Part shown: one piece after another, positions 50,899 through 64,000 of the stretch | How the letters are laid out: the number at the start of each line of letters is the position of its first letter | Position numbering within the stretch: position 1 is the first letter of the stretch | Assembly (NCBI GenBank): GCA_030704615.1 | Contig: CM060731.1 | Location: 74,648,001 to 74,712,000 of the forward strand | Reading direction: 5' to 3' | From: Takakia lepidozioides | Lineage: Eukaryota > Plantae > Bryophyta | Length of the DNA: 64,000 nucleotides | The notes under the pieces: model-generated | Told to the model about the DNA's origin: nothing | The model's database searches: none | What the model saw: the letters and a program-made list of their open reading frames with translations, nothing else | Made by a program: the position numbers and the translations under genes

Positions 50899-53800
50899 TC
50901 ACGGTTTACTGTTTAGGATCAGCAAGCCTTTGTGAGCGAGCACCCTTCTGACGGTGAGAGTGTCTTGAGCCCCGTGTGCGAGCTCGAGCCCTGTCACTGG
51001 CTGATGGAGGCGATTGAGCACTACATGGAAATGGCTGACCCTCCTGTGGTTGATAACGAGGTAACCTCTCAGGCATAGGAGATCCCCGTCGTTTCTTCTC
51101 GGCCATCTGAAGTGCATAGTCCTCCGCCATTTCAAAAGGTTCCTCTGAAGAACCAGTAGTATCAAAATCATCGTCCCCCCTTAGGTGTTTTAATGGTCAG
51201 ACTTTAAGTGGCTTCTCCGGAATCTTGCATGGCATACAATGTTGGCCCACCATGTCTGCAAACTTAAACTGTATTACTTGCTGTAAGGGCGTGTAATCAA
51301 AATGAGTCTCCTTAGCCGTATAAGTGAGAGGTGTGCCAATGACCTTGGAACAGTGTAAGTATTTCTAGGCTTTATGTCCCTTATAGAAAATATCATCAGG
51401 GCCCAATTTCTCATCGGCTAAGTTGTTCCAAGCCATGTTAAACCATGAACGAAGTTGTGAATCCTTCTGCATCATGACTTTCACATCATATAGATACATA
51501 TGAGGTGGCACTGAAGGTAAGACCCAATGATCCCCACTGGAATAACTCAGGAATCGGGATCGCATCTTCTGCTGCTCAATGTGATAACGTGCCATGAAAC
51601 AAGCAGCATAGAATAATCCACAACCCAAGATACCTCCTTGGTCTTGGTATAGATGTACCCATGTACAACCTGGAAGGCAATTAATTCCTTCAGCATGGTG
51701 CCTGCCTCAGACCAGTACCTTGCAAAGTGATGATCCTCAATGGGTCGATTGTTTGGAAGAACCTTAGTCCGAGTTGCCACTGGCAACCAAATGCGCATGA
51801 TCTGGTAATAATGTGCCAACGACTGCGGAGGACTAAATTCCTTCCAAGCCAAATCCATCACAATGGGAATTTGGATGAAGGGCATAATCATTGCCCGATT
51901 GTACTCCAGTGCAGCAAGAGTCCTAGGTGGGTGAAAAACAGCATCCCCCCAAACCTCAGAGTGTGGCTTTGCCAGAGTATCAACAGGGTCAGCCACCTGC
52001 TGTGGAGGCTGTGATATTGCCGCCACTGTCTCTCCTACTACTGGCAAGTCCTGCACCTCTTGCGAAGAAGATTGGAAAATCAAAGTCCTGGCCTGCAGAT
52101 AAGTAGCCATGGGCTGTTCTTTAGGAACCAAAGCTCTGTTGTCAATGTTCGTGAACATGTCATTCACTTGAGTCTGCAACCCTTCCACATCATCCTGCAA
52201 CTCAGCTATTCTACTATAGACATTGTCTATAGTAGTTGTGGCAATGTTCTGGACCTGCAACCTGAGATCATTCATCTCTGCCTGGTTGAGCTTCCTTGGT
52301 GCCTTGCCTTCTACTGGCCCTTGTGCTAACCACACTTGCATAAGGTGATTATCCACCAAGTCCTGCTTGGCAACCTTGAGAGCCTGCTCCTCCTTGAGTC
52401 TGTACATATCTAACTGTTGTTGCAAAGCCTCCATGCGCTTCGCATGAGGTTCAACCAGGGCCGCATAGGCAGCAGCCAAATTATCGGCCTCCTTCCAAGC
52501 CTTGTTAGCCACAGAAAGCTGATTTTTCTAGCCTGTGAGAGTTTGGTACAACTCCAGGATGTACATGTCCTTCTCTGCCTCCATCCGACTGTATTGTTGG
52601 AAAGTATCCTCATTGCAACTGATAGTAGCCTTCAAATCGGCAATGAGTTTCCCTTGCTCTACTGTCTCAGCCTCTGCCATCATACACCTCTCTGCTTGTC
52701 TGTTAACTTCTAATGCAGTTTGGTCCAGAGCAGTTGTTAGTGTGGCACATTGGATGGTCATTGTCTGATGAACTGCCTCCAACTCTGTATGTAGCACGTT
52801 CACTTCCTGCAACTTGCCCTCATGCCTCACCTGCATTTGGTATAGCTGTTGCTCATGTACTTCATGCAACTTCTCCAGCTCGAGAACTGCTTCAACCAGA
52901 TTCCCCTTTGCCAACTGCAAGGCAGCCTTCGTGTTCTCCAACTCTTTCTGTAACTTGAGGTTGGCCTCCTCATCTACCTTGTTTGCACACTTGGTTGCAA
53001 TTCTAGTCTCAAACTCTTTCCTGAGTTCCTCCCTCAAAGCTGCCAATTGTGTAGATAGAACATGGGATTTCACATAAGTGCCCAACAAATTGAGTGTCCT
53101 GCTTATGGAACTCATAAGCATGGCCTGCTGTGGGTCTTCATGGTGAACTTGCTGCTGTTCTCCCTGATCCTCCACAGTGTGATGCTTCACCAACCATTCA
53201 GGCCATGTTCCCACAAGATCTTCTTCCTGAAGAACCTAATTCTCCACAGGTGCTGCAGTGTTCTTACATTCTACCCCTGGTACCTTCGTCACAGGTTTGG
53301 GTATTACATGCACAGCAGGGATTTCCTTGGATAGACTCTGCCCCTCTGGTACCACTAATTCTCTGACGAAGCCAGAGTTTTCATAGAGAAGGTCACCCTT
53401 CTCAATTTCTGACACAACCTGCTCTGTAGTGGGAATGTCCAACCCTTCTCCTTCCAGAGCAATAGGCTCTGGTGCCACAGCATGTACTAACTGTGGAACC
53501 TCTGAGACAACCAACTCTACTGGCTGTGATGGCTGTGGTACCGAAGTGACTTCTTCTTCCCTCTCCAAAGGTCATGCTTCCAGTAATAACAGCCCTCTGT
53601 GCTGCTCTGCCCCATCCTGCACAAGAGCTATGGAAACATCATCTTGCGGTTTCCTTGAAGCTAGTGGATCTGCCCCTACAGTCACATTCCGCTTCTGTTT
53701 CTTAGACTGGTGTTGCCCCTCCAATCCACCTTCACCATGTGAAGAGCCCTGCTCCTCAATTGCAGTGGTTACTGTCTCAAACACGCCCATCTCCTTACGT

Positions 53801-54651
53801 TCTCACATATCAAGTATGCAAGAGTCAAGAATAATTTGGGCAATGACTAGGCCAGACACAATGATCGGAGACTTAGCAGCAGTGCCCTGTAACCTCTTCA
53901 TCTCTTCCACCAAACCATTGTACATTAACTCTGCCCAAGCTACATCATCTCCCCTCAAAGCTTTCAGTATCTCCTATGTGAATGTCCTGCTCAAGTACTG
54001 TTGGTTCTGTTTCATGGCAAACAGAACGTTCAGTATTTGGCCAACTTCTCTGAGCCCTGGGTACTTGGCTTTGGTGCAAGAGTAACCTTGAGTCTTAAAG
54101 AAACTCCTTTCTTGGAACAGATTCACTATTTGCAATCTTGCCCTATGCTCATCCACATCCACATGACCCGATGGCAACTCGAACAATTGCTGCAAGTACT
54201 GGGGAGTAATTTCTATATCTACTCCCCTCACCTGGGTAACTCCCGTCCGAGGCTCAAAGTTATGAAGAAATTGAATCATATACTGCCGATGATGCAAGGA
54301 CCAGTCCTTGCGTAGCAACCCCTCCAATCGCAACTCCCTCAGCAGCTGCACTGCCTATGGTGTAGCAATTGTTTGCTTCTATAGAATCGTGGTGCTCTTC
54401 ACCCTTTTATCCTCCATTCCCCTCACTCTCTTCATCCTAGATAAACAAAAAGGCCTTGTTTGAAACAGCAGTAGGAAAACTTGCAGGGCACAGAGCATAA
54501 AGGTATGGTTGGCACAGAATGGAACGGGTAAGTGCATGTAAGCCTGTGGGGCTTGCAAGTATCGAGTGAGAGAGAATGTACTCTCAACCCGTCCATCCTT
54601 GCGCCACTGCGTGAGAAGTAAAGCGAGCGTGTAATCTGTAATATCCGCCAT
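50899..54651 (-). pseudogene. Extra ORF of family A copy 3 (stops and frameshifts)
   Basis: Homologous to 16013-19776 (MADITDYTLA..., QGPVEGKAPRKL, HYYQIMRIWLPVATRTK). Confidence 0.85.
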
Positions 54652-55387
54652 AGCTACAAAGCTATAGCTTTGATTGCCCCTCCCGTCAAGACATTGGCTA
54701 TTCAGAGCCACCCCGACTCGTCCGCTCAACTCTTCCAATTTCTTGTTCTTGATTCTTGGAGGGAACCACCTGCATGAAATTCCCGCTCCTGATTGGTTGT
54801 TGCCTCCTTAGGTAACTTCTTATTTTTACCCCCCCTAGTGGACATTCCCACCTGGAATGTCCATTAGGACAATACATGTGGCAATAGTCCCCATTTTCTA
54901 TACTCGTAAAAGACTCCGTTACCTCTGCCCTGAATGCATTAATGGGCCCACAATTAGTTTTGGTTGATGTACCGGGTAGGTACTTTGACGGCCCGGTTTG
55001 TCCTCTTGCATGATGACACCCACTTTTGCAATATATGCACTGCAGTGTGCTTCGCCCTAGTGGCCACGTGTTCGTTTTTAGACATGCCTCCGACTTCCGC
55101 TGTCCGCGTGGCACATTCTCCGAGTTTGACTTCTAAGCTTCTCTTTCACTTGACGGCCACTTTTTTGACGTTAACCCACGTACTGTCACTGACCCTATGG
55201 ACTGCGTAACCTGTGATAGGCTGTGTGACATTGTGGTGGGCTGTGATAATCTGTGTCACTCTGTGATGGGCTGTGATAGCTATGCAAACACCTGTACTTC
55301 CCACCCTGACTACTCACGCTCGGCTTAATGACAAGTGCTCCATACTCCGTTGGTATCACCGGTGCAGCCCGTGACTATTCCTGTGTT

Positions 55388-57114
55388 TCAACTCAAATCA
55401 TGCTGCAATGGTTTGTCATGGATACCACTGTATCCCTTTAACTTATTGGCATTGACTCTTCCCAGCATTTCTTTGTTAATGGTTTGTAACATGGCGGTGT
55501 TATTATCATACATCTTCTGTATGACATAAGGTCCTTTCCATGGTGATTTAAGCTTAAAAGCTTTAATCCTTCCCTTCTTCTGCAACCACAGTACCAAATC
55601 TCCCGTCTTAAAAGTCTTTAATTTACCTTCATCAAACTGATCCTTCCTCTTCATCTGAATTTTGGTCATGTTATATGCTGCATCAGCACGTACTTCATCT
55701 ACATGGTATAATTCATGTTTCCTGACTTTAATCGAATCTTCCAATTCCATTCTCCTTCCCCATTCAGTTCTCATAGTAGGTAACAAGAATTCCACTGGAA
55801 GTAAAGCTTCCATACCATAAACTAATTGGAATGGTGTATACTTAGTGGTCACTTTATATGAAGTTATGTATGACCACAAAGCTGTCAGCAGCTTTGTATC
55901 CCAATCTGTTCTGTTCGCATTGACTATCTTAGCCAAGATAATACATAGTATTTTGTTGGTGGATGCCTGCCCATTACCCTGTGGGTAATAGGTTGTACTC
56001 TTTCTATGCACAATCATGAACTCTTTAGTCAATAATTCTATGGTCTCATTAATGAAGTGACTTCCCTGGTCACTGATAAATTCCACTGGACAGCTAAATC
56101 TTGTGAGTATGTTCTCATACAAGAACCTTGCTGTGGACTTAGCTGTGTTGTCCCTCAGAGCTTTAGCTTCCACCCACTTTGTAGTATAATCAGTGGCTGT
56201 GATTATATACTTGTTATGTGTATTTCTGGCTGGTGGGTTAATTGGTCCCACAAAGTCTAGTCCCCATTTCTGAAATGGCTCAGTAGGCATCATAGGATGC
56301 AAAGCCATCTTCCCAGATCTCTGCAATGGTCCTAGCCTCCGACACTCATCACAACTCTTACAATACTTGTGTACATCCTTGAACAAAGTAGGCCACTAGT
56401 AACCTGCAAGTAGTATCTTTCTACTGGTAGTCTCTTCTCTAAAATGACCTCCAGCCACTCCTTTATGAACTTCCTCCAAAACTTTATTTACTTCATGGTG
56501 GTACAAGCATCGTTAAAGTACTCCATCCGGTCCTAGCTTATACATTCTGCCCCCTATCATAGTGTAAGGTAAAGCCTTGATAGCGATTCTCTTCCTCTGC
56601 TCCTTCCCATAACTAGGTGGGCACTGACCATGAGTAAGGTAGTATCTGATTGGCAACAAAAATCTAACCAGTCATCTGCACTTCCCTGCACCTCCACTGC
56701 AAATAAACTCGCATAAGGTAGTTGGTCGTCTACTCCTGTGGCGGGCTCTCCTGTTGATAGGTGTGACAAGTGATCTGCCACAAGATGCAAATGGCCAGGC
56801 TTGTAAACAACCTTGAACTCAAACTCGTGCAAGATTATTAACCACCTTGCTATCCTTCCACTTATCAAAGGCTTGTTCACCAGATAAATCAAAGCATGAT
56901 GATCCACATAAAACGTAAACTTCCTGCCCAACAGGTAATGCCTGAATTTCTTGACTGCATAAATCATTGCCAATGCTTCTTTTTCAGTTGTGCTATAGTT
57001 CATTTCAGCACTGTTCATCAACCTGCTAGCATAATACACAAGTGAATCTATGTTTCCTGTAACATTTTGGGCCAATACTGCTCCAATGCTTCTTCTGAGG
57101 CATCACAGTGAACA
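55388..57114 (-). pseudogene. pol: RNase H-integrase of family A copy 3
   Basis: ORFs 55388-56386 and 56557-57075 nearly identical to copy 2 pol. Confidence 0.92.
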
Positions 57115-57825
57115 GGAGGGCAGGGGGTCGGGACACATGAGGGGCTGCCCCTGTGGTGGGGGCAGTGGCAGCGATAGGTACGGGGGGCTGAGGCACCCTT
57201 GAGTGCCCAAAGCACTCAAGGAGGCGGAGGTGCTCACTAGGTGGAGCCCCGCACACCGGGATGCGGTGGGGGTGGCTTCACAAAGGGGTGGTGGTAGCTT
57301 AGCGGGACTTAGTGGGGGTGGCATAGGACTCACCTTGGGGCAGAGACCTCGTGGTGGGAGTCGTGGGGAGTCTTGGGACTCATCACGGTCCATAGGGGCC
57401 GTGGTGGGTGGGCCAAGACTCACCGCGACTCATCACCGGGAGTCGAGGGTTTTCGTGGTGGTTCGCCATAAAATGGCATGGTTGTTTGTGAAACCCCCGC
57501 GGACAGCTACAAAAGTATATATAGGGAGTAGTAACCCCGAGAACGGTGCAAGCCCGTTGGTGACCAAAAACTAGTGAGTAAGCGAGCGAGCCGGAAAGCG
57601 ACCATAGAGTGGAGAGCTGTTCCGGACTGCCAACTACCAAAGGGAATTCCCGCTGGGCCCAAATTGGTGGAGGGTTCTTTGGGAGATCAAAGGGGGACCG
57701 TTATGCCCCGGTGAGCAGCCGAAGCTCCAAGTTGGCCCGGCGGCCAGGTTGGGAGTTAAGCGCGCGCATCAAAGCGAGTAACTATGACTTGAAGGGGAGC
57801 TTACCGAAGTGAGGTGTGCGACACT

Positions 57826-57837
57826 TGGTATTAGAGC
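57826..57837 (+). promoter_or_regulatory. tRNA-Met(i) primer-binding site
   Basis: TGGTATTAGAGC, one mismatch to TGGTATCAGAGC, 2 nt after ...GCGACA. Confidence 0.85.
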
Positions 57838-57878
57838 TTAGAGTTCAGTACATGATCGTCCTTGGGATTGGCGTCATC

Positions 57879-60800
57879 ATGGGGTTGGGCAAGCCAAAGC
57901 GAAAGCGGAACGGCCCAAAAGATGATGAGCCTGGTGAGCTCGATGGGGGCGACGTGTCACCGAGGCGGCCGTTTGAGGGAGCGATGCATGTTTCCGAAAA
58001 TGAGGCCGCTCAAGAGCGGGAGGAATCCGAGGAGTCGGAGCCCAAGGAATCCCTGAGAGCTCCGACCGACCAACAGATGCCTCCCATGCCGGCAGCCTTT
58101 TGGGAAGGGTTGTTGGCGCAGTTTGGCGGGACGTTGAAAGACGTGTTGAGGCGGCTAATGCCACTTCCACTAAGGCAAAGTTTAAGGTGAAGCCTAAGGA
58201 ACCCGGCACCTTCGAGGGCGTCCGAAATCGGAAGGCACTCAACACCTGGCTCTTGGAGCTAGAGCAGTACTTCCGGGCGGCCAAGTTGAGTGACGAGGAT
58301 CGGGTGGAAGTGGCTCCCACCTATTTGAGGGGCTATGCTCAACAATGGTGGCAGAAACGCCTTCACGACCAAGGTCCAAGCCCGGAAACCTTGAACTAGA
58401 GTGGGTTCAAGGAATTGATGAAGAGACAGTTTGTGCCCCTCAACGCGTCCTGGCTTGCCCGGGACAAGATGAGGAATTTGAAGCAAACAGACGACGTTCG
58501 GGGATATGTCCAGGCTTTCAATGTGCTTTTGCTCAAAGTCGCGGACATGGCAGAACCGGAAATGGTCTTCAACTTTGTGGCGGGACTGGCCCCATGGGCC
58601 AGACGGAAATTGGAGGAGAAGCCACCTAAGACTTTGAACGAGGCAATTGAGAGGGCTGAATGTTTCTCAGATGTCTCTAGGGGTGAAAGACAAGGCCGTA
58701 CGGAGCTGAACCACAAAAGACCCGGCGGGAAGGTGACTCCTTCCGACCGGAAAAGAAGTGGGATAGGCCACGCGGCGACAATGGCACGTGGAAATCGAAG
58801 GGAGGGCCATCACAAGTCAAGGCGGCACCCGGTGCTTCGAAAGGAAAAGCGGGTGGAGCGGCCTATGGCGGACAGAAGGCAACCTTTGATGGAGTGTGTT
58901 TCAATTGTGGGGAGCCCGGGCACATGGCCAAGAAGTGCACGAAGCCCCAGCAATTGAACATGACTCGGGCGACCACAGAGCTGTCGGAAGATACCATCAG
59001 TCGCTTGGTGGAAGCGGTGGTCGCCAGGACTTGCAAGGTAGGCAAATTTTCTTGTGAGTTGTATCAGGAAACTGGCGCCTTACGTAAAGGGAGTCAGTTA
59101 TTGTTCGTGGATGAGATAATATCCGGAACTAATGTGTCGTTGTTGGTGGACACAGGAGCATCGCACTCCTTCATGACACCGGCAACGGCACAAAAGCTGG
59201 GACTCCCGACAAGTGACGTGGGGGCCTCTATTGAGGTGCGTTCTGCCAAAGGAGAACCGCAATTGGCGACAAGGTTAGCGTTTGAAGTTCCTCTTCAACT
59301 GGGGAGTTGGGAGGGATGTGAGAACTTCACCATCTGCGAGATCGATGGAGTGGATCTCATTTTGGGGATGACTTTTTTTAGCAAATCCGGAACGGTCATA
59401 GATGGCCGCAAGAGAGTAGTCACGCTGCCATGTGGGAATGGTGGCGAGGTCTTACGAGTGTCGGAAATGCCCAAACCCGTGGGAGGGCGAATAAACCTTC
59501 TGTCAGCAAGGGAGTGGGCCGTGGAGGAGGCACACGAGCCCCAGTTTTTGCTCTACATTAGAGAAGTGAAGGGAGAAGGCGATGGGGAGCCGAGCCTAGA
59601 TTAGATCAAGGGGATTTTGGAGAAATACCAGGATGTGATGCCGGAGGATTTACCAAGCGGTTTGCCACCGCGAAGAGGAGTTGACCACAAGATTGAGGTG
59701 ATACCGGGATCGGAACCGCCTGCCAAGGCGCCCTACCGGTTGAGCCACAGAGAGTTGGTCGAGCTGAAGACTCAGCTCAAAGATCTAATGTCAAAGGGGT
59801 ACATCCGGCCGAGTAAGTCACCTTACGGAGCCCCGGTGCTATTTGCAGATAAAAAGGATGGGACGCTGCGGATGTGTGTCGATCACAGGGCTCTGAATAA
59901 GATGACTATCAAAAACCGGTACCCTTTGCCAAGGATCGATGACCTCTTCGATCGGTTGGCAGGAGCGAAGTATTTCAGCCGGATCGACTTGCGCTCCGGC
60001 TATCATCAAATTCGGGTGGCGGAAGGAGATGAGGAGAAGACCGCGTGCAGGACAAAGTATGGTTCATATGAGTTCTTGGTGATGCCTTTTGGGCTCACCA
60101 ATGCACCAGCGACATTTAGCACGCTGATGAACAGCCTTTTTCAGGAGTGGTTGGATGACTTTGTGATCGTGTACATCGACGACATCTTGGTGTACTCGAA
60201 AACAAAGGAGGAGCACCTGGAGCACCTGAAAAGGGTGTTCCAAAAATTGCGAGAAGGGAAGCTGTATGCCAAAGCTTCAAAGTGCGAATTCAGGGTCACA
60301 AAAGTGGAGTTCCTGGGGCATGTGATTACACAGGATGGGATCAGAATGGATGACAGGAAGGTGAGGGCAATTTTGGACTGGGAGCCTCCGACTTCGGTCC
60401 CGGGAGTGCGATCCTTCCTAGGACTCGCCTCCTATTACCGGAAGTATGTAAGAAATTTTGCCAAAAATCGCGGGGCCGCTGTCAGACCTTCTGTGTAAAT
60501 CTAAAGTCTGGGCATGGACCACCGTTTGTGGCCAAGCTTTTGCTGAATTGAAGCAACGGATGGCGGAAGCTCCAGTCTTGAAAATCCCGGAGTTCGATCG
60601 TCCGTTCGAGATACATACAGATGCGTCGGACTTCGCGATTGGGGGTGTACTGATGCAAGATGGACGTCCAGTGGCTTACGAAAGTAAGAAATTGAATGAA
60701 GTGGAGCGACGGTGGCCGACGCACGAGAAAGAGATGAAGGCGGTGGTGCACTGTCTTGAGCTTTGGCGCCACTATGTTGGTTCCAACCCAGTGAAGGTGT

Positions 60801-62440
60801 TCACGGACAATGTCACGGTGAAGTATTTTGCCACGCAGCCCAAGTTGTCCCCAAAACAACTTAGGTGGCAAGATACTTTGGCGGTGTTCGACGTGGATAT
60901 CCAGTACAAACCGGGATGAGACAACGTGGTGGCCGATGCTTTCAGTAGAAAGCAGCAGCTCTTGTTGGTGTACAAGGGCGAGACGGCGCTCCAAAGGAAG
61001 ATCCGGAAGGCTTGCCGGAAGGATGAGCTGGCGAAGTCCGTGATGCAGGACTTGAGGATGGGGGTTAAATCGCAGTTCCACTTGCAAAATGGACTGCTCC
61101 GGTATAAGAAAAAGCGTCTCTACGTGCCGAAGGGAGGGATCAGAGATAGCCTCTTGAGAAAATGCCATGATAGCTCGCTTGCGGGCCACGGCGGAGCCAA
61201 GCGCACTGCGGCACTCTTGAAGAAAGAGTATTTCTGGCCCAAACTGAGGGAGGAGGCAGAGGAGTATGTCAAGACATGCACCACATGCCAACAAAACCGG
61301 AGCGAGTACAAAAAGCAAGCGGGGCTGTTACAACCTTTGCCGATTCCAGAGGGGACTTGGGAAAGCGTCTCGATGGATTTCATGACTGCTATGCCGCTGT
61401 CAAAAGGATTCGATGCAATCATGGTGGTGGTGGATAGGTTCAGTAAAATGGGTCATTTCATCCCCACCAAGGAGACGGCAACGGCGCAGGAAACAGGGCG
61501 ACTTTACTTCGCCCACGTCTTAAAGCATCATGGAGTCCCGAAGGATATTGTCTCGGACTGTGATCCAAAGTTTACGAGTAAATTTTGGAGGGCACTTTGG
61601 AAGAAGATGGGGACGAGGCTGAAGATGAGCACCGCCTTCCGACCTACGACCTACGGCCAAACAAAAAGAGTGAATTCCGTAGTGAAGCAGATCTTGTGGA
61701 ATTACGTGTCGACAGACCAAACAGACTGGGTGGAACACTTAGACGCGGCAGAGTTCTGTTATAATAACACAGAACACTCCGCAACGGGAGTTTCCCCTTT
61801 CGTATTGGTCTATGGAAAAGCACCTCTGGTGCCGACAAGTTGGGCCGCCCAGGACGTTGAGGAACCGGCAGTAGCGGCGGTACTGGAAGAACGCGAGCGT
61901 TTGTTGAAGCTCGCAAAGTACAACATTGCCAAAGCTAGGAAACGGTATGAAAGGCAGGCGAATCGGAAGCGGAGGGAAGTGAAGTTTGAGGCAGGCACGG
62001 AGGTTTGGTTGAACATCAAGAATTTCCGACTACCTCCGGAAGTGAGTCCAAAGTTCGTACCTCCGTATGCGGGACCCTTTCGCATCCAGAAGGTTATGAA
62101 TGAGGATGTGTATGAATTGGAGCTGTCGGCAAACAACAAGGTGCATCCAGTATTCCACGTCTCCCTTTTGAAGCCTTACTTCAAAGATGAAGCGCGTCCG
62201 AATCGGCATCAAGTGTTGCGTCCGCCACCTGTGCTGTTGGATCATGAAAATGAACCTGAGTACGAGGTGGAGGCAGTTCTTAAGTCGAGGAGGTTCAAGA
62301 ACCGAGAAACGGAGTATCTCGTCAAATGGAAGGGCTATCATCATGTGGAGGCATCTTGGATGCTTGCCTCAGAAATGGGAAACGCATCCGAGGCGGTTGC
62401 AGTTTTCAAAGGGCGACCTCAAAAGCGGAAGAAGCGTTGA
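57879..62440 (+). pseudogene. pol: gag-pol with chromodomain (few stops and frameshifts)
   Basis: LKQTDDVRGY, CFNCGEPGHMAKKC, LVDTGASHSF, YIDD, HTDAS, HEKEMKAVVHCL, SMDF, YAGPF, EYEVEAVL...EYLVKWKGY. Confidence 0.92.
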
Positions 62441-62474
62441 TGGGGACATCAACCTTGGAGCGTGGGGGAGGAAA

Positions 62475-64000
62475 TGCATGCTTAGCCCGGCTTAGCTAGC
62501 TCAGAAATCCGATTGCAAAAACTTGTATTGTACAAAAATTTGTTATAAAGGAAATGGGTTCCAAATGTTGTGCGTCCTATTTTGTTTGGAATGGTGATGC
62601 ATGGTGTGGTTGGCTAGTGTGTAGAATGCATGCTAGCTTACAAAAGTGGGAGAGGTAAATTGGGTTAATTGTGTGTTTGCGCAGTGCCAAAATCGGGTGA
62701 CTCCCATCCAAGGGGCAAGGAAACATGCGCCTTCTTTGGGAGTTCACGTGCTAGCGCGTGCGTGTACTATAACTGCGCTACCGAGGTGGTTGCCTTGTAG
62801 TGCGGGCTAACGCGGAAGCTACGTGCTTCCGTTCACGTACTATAATCGTGTAGCCTCGGGATGAAATCGTAGTGCGGCTTCGACGTGTCCCCGTACCTCA
62901 GGCCAACATTCCAAGACGGACCCAATTGTAGTGATTGGGGCGCACGGTTGGTCCAAGGTTATCTTCCTAGTCAAAGGGGGTTCGAGGTGAACCCTTGCGC
63001 AAGGTGATGCCAAAGGCGGCATCATGAGCGATCGCAAGCAATGTTGTTGCAAGTAAGGCGATTCGATCCTCGGGGAGGATCGTTCCTTGGCCTTGAAGTA
63101 GGCCAAGAAGAGTGCACTCGGAAGAGCTTGAGAGGCTCCACCCCTGGCCGGGACTTGGAGGAAGTCGGCCGAACTAGCTAGTGGAGAGTAGAGTCAAGTG
63201 TGGGGTTTGGTTCTTTGCCATGGGACGCCATGGTACGGAAACAAACTCCTTGATGTGGGACGCCACAACTTGGATGTTCGTTTCTACAAAATGGACAAGT
63301 CGATGAGGACATCGACTCCCTGTTGGTAGGGGTGTGTGTCGCGGCCCTTTGCCTTGAGGGCAGGGGGTCGAGACACATGAGGGGTTGCCCCTGTGGTGGG
63401 GGCAGTGGCAGCGATAGGTACGGGGGGCTGAAGCACCCTTGAGTGCCCAAAGCACTCAAGGAGGCGGAGGTGCTCACTAGGTGGAGCCCCGCACACCGGG
63501 ATGTGGTGGGGGTGGCTTCACAAAGGGGTGGTGGTAGCTTAGCGGGACTTAGTGGGGGTGGCATAGGACTCACCTTGGGGCAGAGACCTCGTGGTGGGAG
63601 TCGTGGGGAGTCTTGGGACTCATCACGGTCCATAGGAGTCGTGGGGAGTCTTGGGACTCATCACGGTCCATAGGGGCCGTGGTGGGTGGGCCAAGACTCA
63701 CCGGGAGTCGAGGGTTTTCGTGGTGGTTCGCCATAAAATGACATGGTTGTTTGTGAAACCCCTGCGGACAGCTACAGAAGTATATATATGGAGTAGTAAC
63801 CCCGAGAACGGTGCAAGCCCGTTGGTGACCAAAAACTAGTGAATAAGCGAGCGAGCCGGAAAGCGACCATAGAGTGGGGAGCTGTTCCGGACTGCCAACT
63901 ACCAAAAGGAATTCCCGCTGGGCCCAAATTGGTGGAGGGTTCTTTGGGAGATCAAAGGGGGACCGTTATGCCCCGGTGAGCAGCCGAAGCTCCAAGTTGG
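62475..64000 (+). repeat. 3' LTR of the Galadriel-like element (start inferred from PPT)
   Basis: TG after the PPT; distal part matches 57116-57740; local 38-bp tandem duplication near 63595-63672. Confidence 0.7.

Larger units (their letters stand above)
49905..57114 (-). mobile_element. Family A copy 3 (3' LTR, extra ORF, integrase, RNase H), 5'-truncated
   Basis: Reverse-complement homology to copy 2; LTR 49905-50867 with adjacent PPT. Confidence 0.93.
57116..64000 (+). mobile_element. Chromovirus, Galadriel-like; 5' LTR truncated, 3' LTR runs out of window
   Basis: 57116-57823 repeated from ~63356; tRNA-Met PBS; gag-pol-chromodomain; PPT GTGGGGGAGGAAA at ~62462. Confidence 0.9.

Overview
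Repeat-rich land-plant nuclear DNA, probably from a non-seed plant (inferred from a PLS-PPR fragment, an FKBP exon and the TE types), made almost entirely of nested transposons. (1) Three copies of one non-chromovirus Ty3/Gypsy family ('family A': tRNA-Arg-like PBS, ~0.9-1.1 kb LTRs, ~1,250-codon extra ORF after pol). One copy is full length with an ATAAG TSD. (2) An unusual Gypsy element (7753-32682, interrupted by the full-length family A copy) with a C5 cytosine DNA methyltransferase between protease and RT, a C-terminal PHD finger, a likely self-priming PBS, and split/permuted terminal repeats (A...B-A-B) with a 4-bp GGTG TSD despite a DDE integrase. (3) A Mutator-like transposase/SWIM gene divergently paired with a 10-exon gene for a ParB-like domain plus a beta-class amino (N6A/N4C)-type DNA methyltransferase; its first intron holds an array of CGCCGGCG palindromes. 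(4) FKBP, PPR and kinase fragments. (5) Two chromoviruses, one Galadriel-like. Many 1-nt frameshifts may be long-read consensus errors. All domain calls are by-eye motif recognition, not database searches.
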